DNA of 64,000 nt from an uncultured delta proteobacterium (GTDB lineage: Bacteria; Desulfobacterota; Binatia; UBA9968), in NCBI GenBank assembly GCA_963745035.1, contig CAVUVW010000026.1:1-64000 (forward strand), in the 5' to 3' direction. Of this stretch, positions 60,184-64,000 are shown in pieces. The notes under the pieces were generated by a model, which was not told where the DNA came from, ran no database searches, and saw only the letters and a list, made by a program, of their open reading frames with translations. The first letter of the stretch is position 1. Every line of letters starts with the position of its first letter. The position numbers and the translations under genes were made by a program.

Positions 60184-60232
60184 GCCTTTCACGCCGATAA
60201 CACGGGTTCAAATCCCGTCGGGGACGCCAAAC
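60184..60232 (+). repeat. attR of element 1 / attL of element 2 (3' tRNA-Glu fragment)
   Basis: 49-bp exact copy of 45749-45797; lacks the tRNA 5' half. Confidence 0.95.
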
Positions 60233-61305
60233 TATTCAACGGCTTAGCGGGCGACTTGGCGAACACTTGGCGAGCTTCGTTCTTGTCCGGGTCCAGTTCG
60301 AGCTTCGCCGAGTAATGTTGCTCGATCATTGCAACCGACGTTCCGACATAGTCGCCGATCTCTTTCAGGTTGATGCCCCTTCTCACCATCTCCGTGATGA
60401 ACGTGTGGCGCGTGGCGTAAAATTTCCGTTTGGGAATTTCTAGCGCGGTCAAGATCCGGTCCCAGTAATCCAATCTGAAAAATGCAGCGTTGAGCGGCTC
60501 GCCGTGTTTGTTGAGGAAAACTTTGTCGGCATCGCTCGACCACGGGTGGCGCAGCGTTTCGATTACGTCCATCAATGCGCGGCTAATCGTTAGGGTGCGC
60601 CCGCTCTTGGTGGTCTTGGGATGGTCGCTGTCCTCGCCCATGTAACGAGATTTATTTATGCGCGCCGTTCTCGTCTCGACGTTGATGTCCGCCCATGTAA
60701 GCGCCACGGACTCGGACGGCCGAGCGCCGGTGTCGAACTGGAAGCGCACGAACGGGTAATAAAACGGCTCGTGCTCCAGGAACGCCTCCAGGATTTGCTC
60801 CTTCTCTTCGGCTGTCAAAGGGTAGGGCGGCTCGTGCTTCACCTTCGGCCAGCGCACGTCGATGAACGGGTCCTTGCCTTCCAGATCGCCGCCGATCTCC
60901 ACCCGGGCGTCACGAAACATGGCCCGGAAGCTCCCGTCGATGATGTTGCGGCAAGTCTTAATCGCGAGCCCCTTCTTGAGCAGGTCGGCCTGGAATGCGG
61001 TCAGCTCCTTGGTGCCGATATTGGACAGGCGATGCGTTTTTGAAGCGCGGCAGAATATAGGCGCGGAACGCTTGCTTGTAATCTCTCACCTGGGAGTGAC
61101 GCACCAGCGGCGGAACTTTCTTTTCAATCCATTCATCATAGAACTTTTCGACCGTGGGAGTCGGCCTCATGTCGAACTTGCCTTCGTTGTACTGCCGGAG
61201 GCGGGCCTCGGCCTCGCGCTTCGTTTTAGTCTTGAGCGACTTCTTGTAATAGCCGTCAATGAGATAATAAACGCCGTACTCGTTCGGCTTGATGTGTGCT
61301 GGCAT
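60189..61305 (-). CDS. int: Tyrosine recombinase/integrase of element 2, frameshift near 61040
   Basis: TGARPSE..AL.W.D, PKT, YATRHTFIT, MIEQHY. Confidence 0.9.
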
Positions 61306-61306
61306 G

Positions 61307-61444
61307 TTACTTCTTCCTCCGTCGCCGCTTCCTCTCCCTCGCCTCGACCATCGCCCGCGCCTGCTCAGGCGTCAAGGTGTGCGTTGCCTTCTTGCCGCCC
61401 TTGCTCCCAATCTTGGCCATGTACTCACGGATCTTTTTATCCAT
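61307..61444 (-). CDS. Small basic KGG-motif protein (45 aa)
   Basis: MDKKIREYMAKIGSKGGKKATHTLTPEQARAMVEARERKRRRRKK; stop lies 1 nt before the integrase start. Confidence 0.65.
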   Translation of the reverse strand: MDKKIREYMAKIGSKGGKKATHTLTPEQARAMVEARERKRRRRKK

Positions 61445-61474
61445 GCCATAACAGGTATCACAAGCCGCTTGCGC

Positions 61475-61735
61475 TTACAATGCCTTTTTTATGTCGATCA
61501 CTTCCGCCGATTCTGCTGGCTTTGACTTCGGCATTCCGACAATCAACTCCTGCTCGCTTATACCGAGTCCCCGGCAGATCCGCTGCAAGGCATCGAGCCT
61601 CGGCAGTTCGCCTCTGGCGAGCTTGGCGAAGTTCTTCGGCGACGTTCGGCAAATAGCGCTGGCATCGTTAAAGCCGTGACAACCCTTCTCACGGATTTTC
61701 TGCAGCACCAAGCCGATGTTGATGATCGCGTTCAT
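61475..61735 (-). CDS. XRE/Cro-like HTH regulator
   Basis: LQKIRE.......AS......FAKLARGELPRLDALQRIC..LG. Confidence 0.75.
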   Translation of the reverse strand: MNAIINIGLVLQKIREKGCHGFNDASAICRTSPKNFAKLARGELPRLDALQRICRGLGISEQELIVGMPKSKPAESAEVIDIKKAL

Positions 61736-61977
61736 TGCGGTAGGCCATCGGCGGCCATCAATGCCTTTGCCTCTTCCGGTGTGAGGATCCGACCACCGCC
61801 AAAGACGCGGAGCACATCGGCCGGCGTGATTCCTGGTATTGCGTCGGCCAACTGGCGAGCCCGGCAGCGGTCCTCGTCGGTCAATGGACGGCCATCGCGC
61901 CGGCGAGCTTGTGCACGGCCATCCGGAAACTTTCGGACTTCCAAATACAGATCATCATTCACGGCAAAAACTCCCAC
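61732..61977 (-). CDS. Hypothetical protein (possibly the tail of the upstream replicase)
   Basis: 81-aa ORF overlapping the HTH start by 4 nt. Confidence 0.4.
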   Translation of the reverse strand: MGVFAVNDDLYLEVRKFPDGRAQARRRDGRPLTDEDRCRARQLADAIPGITPADVLRVFGGGRILTPEEAKALMAADGLPQ

Positions 61978-61995
61978 TCTTTTTTGGCGTCCCGG

Positions 61996-62162
61996 ATTCG
62001 TGTCCCAGTACCTTCAAAAAACGATTCAGGTCCATTCGTGTCCCGTTCTAGTCCCGAACGCTTGGGACTAGAATTTTCCTGTTGTTTTTTCGTCGCTTGC
62101 GATGCATTTTTTGATTCGTGTCCCACGATTCCCCCTCTCATACTCTCCCCCTGGGACTAGAA
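61996..62162. repeat. Iteron-like putative replication origin of element 2
   Basis: ATTCGTGTCCC at 61996, 62034, 62114; TTCTAGTCCC at 62046; inverted GGGACTAGAA at 62064 and 62153. Confidence 0.7.
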
Positions 62163-63892
62163 TGCTCTGAATGGCCATTTGGGAAGGACAGTTCACTGGC
62201 CAATCCGTAGCGGAATGGTCGATTCTTTTTTCCTTCTCCGTAGCGCTCAACTTCACCCGCTTTGTGCATCTGCCGAAGCACCTTGCTAACAACGATGGCC
62301 TTCACCGGAATGGCTGCGCGGATCTGCTTTTCGGTTAACTCTCCCTCTTCGCTTTCGAGCAGTTCGCGTAGCTGTGGTTTGGTGTCCTCGATTTCAGCAT
62401 CTTCGCGGTTGCTTTTAATTTCGAGCCATCCGAACCGGTCAAAGCCAATCGCCAGTTCCGGGAAGTTGCCTTTGCCGTGTCGCTGATCGGTTCGGAAGAT
62501 GCGCCGCGTCGATCCTGGTAAAAGCTTCAGGCGAAGATAGCTTTGCGCCTGCCCACGAATGGCTGTTGAGCCGATGGCGGAATCCAGGTCGCCGCGGTCT
62601 CCCTTGCCGGCGTGCAAAAAGAGCAGATGAACGTCTTTCGCCGAAGCAGCGTCGAGCATTGGCGCGCTTTTGTTCACCACTTCGGAGTAATCGTTAATGT
62701 TCTGAATTTTGAAAAATTTCTGGAAGGTATCGAGCACAATGAACTTGATTCTATGCACTTCGACTTGCGCCATTATCCAACGTAATTGCTCGGCGCCGGT
62801 CCGGTGCAGATAAAAGCGGGATCGGTTCTTTTGAGCCCGAGCGCCTTGAAGGCGTCTTTGATCTCCCGCGGCGGTCCGTCAAGATAGGCGTAGGCAACGG
62901 CGCATTGCTGGGTAGGACGGTCGAGGAACGGCAGCCCGCGCGCAATTGCCAGTGCAAGATTCGCGGCAAAAGTCGTTTTCCCTATTTTCGGCGGCGCTAC
63001 CAGGACTGACGAACCGGCTACGGGTAAGCATTCATTCCACCGCCACGCCATTGGGTCGTCTAGTTCGTCAAGAATCTGCTCGGCTGACTGAAACTCCGGC
63101 CAAATCTCAGCCTGTTTCTGTTGTGATGGTGATGGCTGCTTCGGCTCATATCGCCGGAAAGCGCTTTCGACTTTCTCCAAGGCGTTTCGCTCCGGAAATG
63201 GCGGTTCGCAATTTTTGGCGGCCTCGAGGATTAACGACTCGGCCATGTCGCGCGGCACATCGGCACGAGCGGAGCTTGCAGGCGAGTCTGAAAAGGGTGT
63301 CATCCCGCTCGCCCTCGGCTACACCCTGGAGCGCTTGGGCGGTGTTGAAGTGTTCGCGAAAGCCGTTGCTATTGATCGACGGAGACGGCGAGGAAACCAG
63401 ATTGAACAGCTCTGGCGGTAAATTGGGAAGCCCGGCGCTGATCGGCACTTCCCATACGTAGCTTTTCCCGGTCTCGTGAACGGATGGCGCCGTAACAACA
63501 TAGCCGCCATCGGCACGCACGTCGGTCTTGGGCAGGATTCCCGCGCGGGTTTGAATACTCCCGCCTGGATGCTTGAAAAACAGATGATAGCCGCCGCGGC
63601 CCGTTCTCACTCTCGGGACCGCTCCAAGGTCATAGTTCGGGACTAAAGCCTTGATTTTTTCTTTGGCTTCCGCGCTATCAAGGTCGATCACAACGGCATC
63701 CGAAACGGCGCCGGTAACTATGCCGACATTCGCAGTTGGCCAACTTTCAAACCAGTGCCGGATCATCGCTTCTGCCGGCGGCTCTTTTTGGTAGGACTCC
63801 CAGCTGATCAAAGGCTTTTTGTCCTTGGGCTTGATGGGGATGACGGAGAAGCCTTTACGGCGATATGCAAGGGCCTCGTCGAGGATCATCAC
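62138..63892 (-). CDS. Bifunctional primase-polymerase + PriCT + RecA-like AAA_25 helicase (frameshifted)
   Basis: SVIPI....KKP, ANVGIVTG, VIDLD, RTGRGGYHLFF, DVRADGGYVV; EGERDD; APPKIGKT Walker A; IVLDT Walker B. Confidence 0.88.
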
Positions 63893-64000
63893 AAACCAGC
63901 GCGCACGGCTGTGAGGACGATTCGATACCGCCAGGTCGACAACACGCCGCCCTCGAAGAGTAGTCCAATGGCGTCATCGAGGAGTTTCTCGGCCTGCATG
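63889..64000 (-). CDS. 3' end of a small hypothetical gene upstream of the prim-pol
   Basis: Open frame ...QAEKLLDDAIGLLFEGG...RAGL-stop overlapping the prim-pol start. Confidence 0.4.
   Translation of the reverse strand, partial: MQAEKLLDDAIGLLFEGGVLSTWRYRIVLTAVRAGL

Larger units (their letters stand above)
45749..60232. mobile_element. Integrated satellite-like element 1 (14,435 bp repeat to repeat)
   Basis: Flanking 49-bp tRNA-Glu direct repeats, adjacent tyrosine integrase, helicase, excisionase-like HTH, terminase. Confidence 0.9.
60184..64000. mobile_element. Integrated element 2 (continues beyond window)
   Basis: Second tyrosine integrase abutting the att copy, HTH regulator, prim-pol/AAA replicase. 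Confidence 0.85.

Noticed and set aside
60184-60229. Second tRNA-Glu gene
   Set aside because: Only the 3' half is present, with no D arm or 5' acceptor strand; it is an att repeat
45749-60232. Complete prophage or ICE
   Set aside because: No capsid, portal, tail, lysis, relaxase or type IV secretion genes recognisable between the att sites

Overview
High-GC bacterial chromosome. The gene content (many amidohydrolase_2 paralogues, NitT/TauT-type binding proteins, LLM oxidoreductases) resembles Candidatus Binatia; this is an inference. Many single-base frameshifts suggest an uncorrected long-read assembly. Positions 1-45.4 kb hold catabolic and transport genes separated by several families of intergenic palindromes and 7/8-mer repeats. 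Two genes that the ORF track splits or misses appear to be UGA-recoded (selenocysteine). One is a DUF411 metal-binding protein with U-G-C-C in place of C-G-C-C (42251-42727). The other is a 73-aa protein of no recognisable family with two in-frame UGAs in a U-H-N-N-U motif (44322-44543). Both have a SECIS-like hairpin downstream. A tRNA-Lys(TTT)/tRNA-Glu(TTC) pair at 45637-45794 is the integration site of two tandem elements, marked by a 49-bp repeat at 45749 and 60184. Element 1 (14.4 kb) is satellite-like: integrase, CHC2 zinc finger, D5/P4 helicase, iteron-like origin, excisionase and a large terminase, with no visible capsid or portal, plus a di-haem peroxidase cargo gene. Element 2 (integrase, Cro-like HTH, prim-pol/AAA replicase) runs off the window end.
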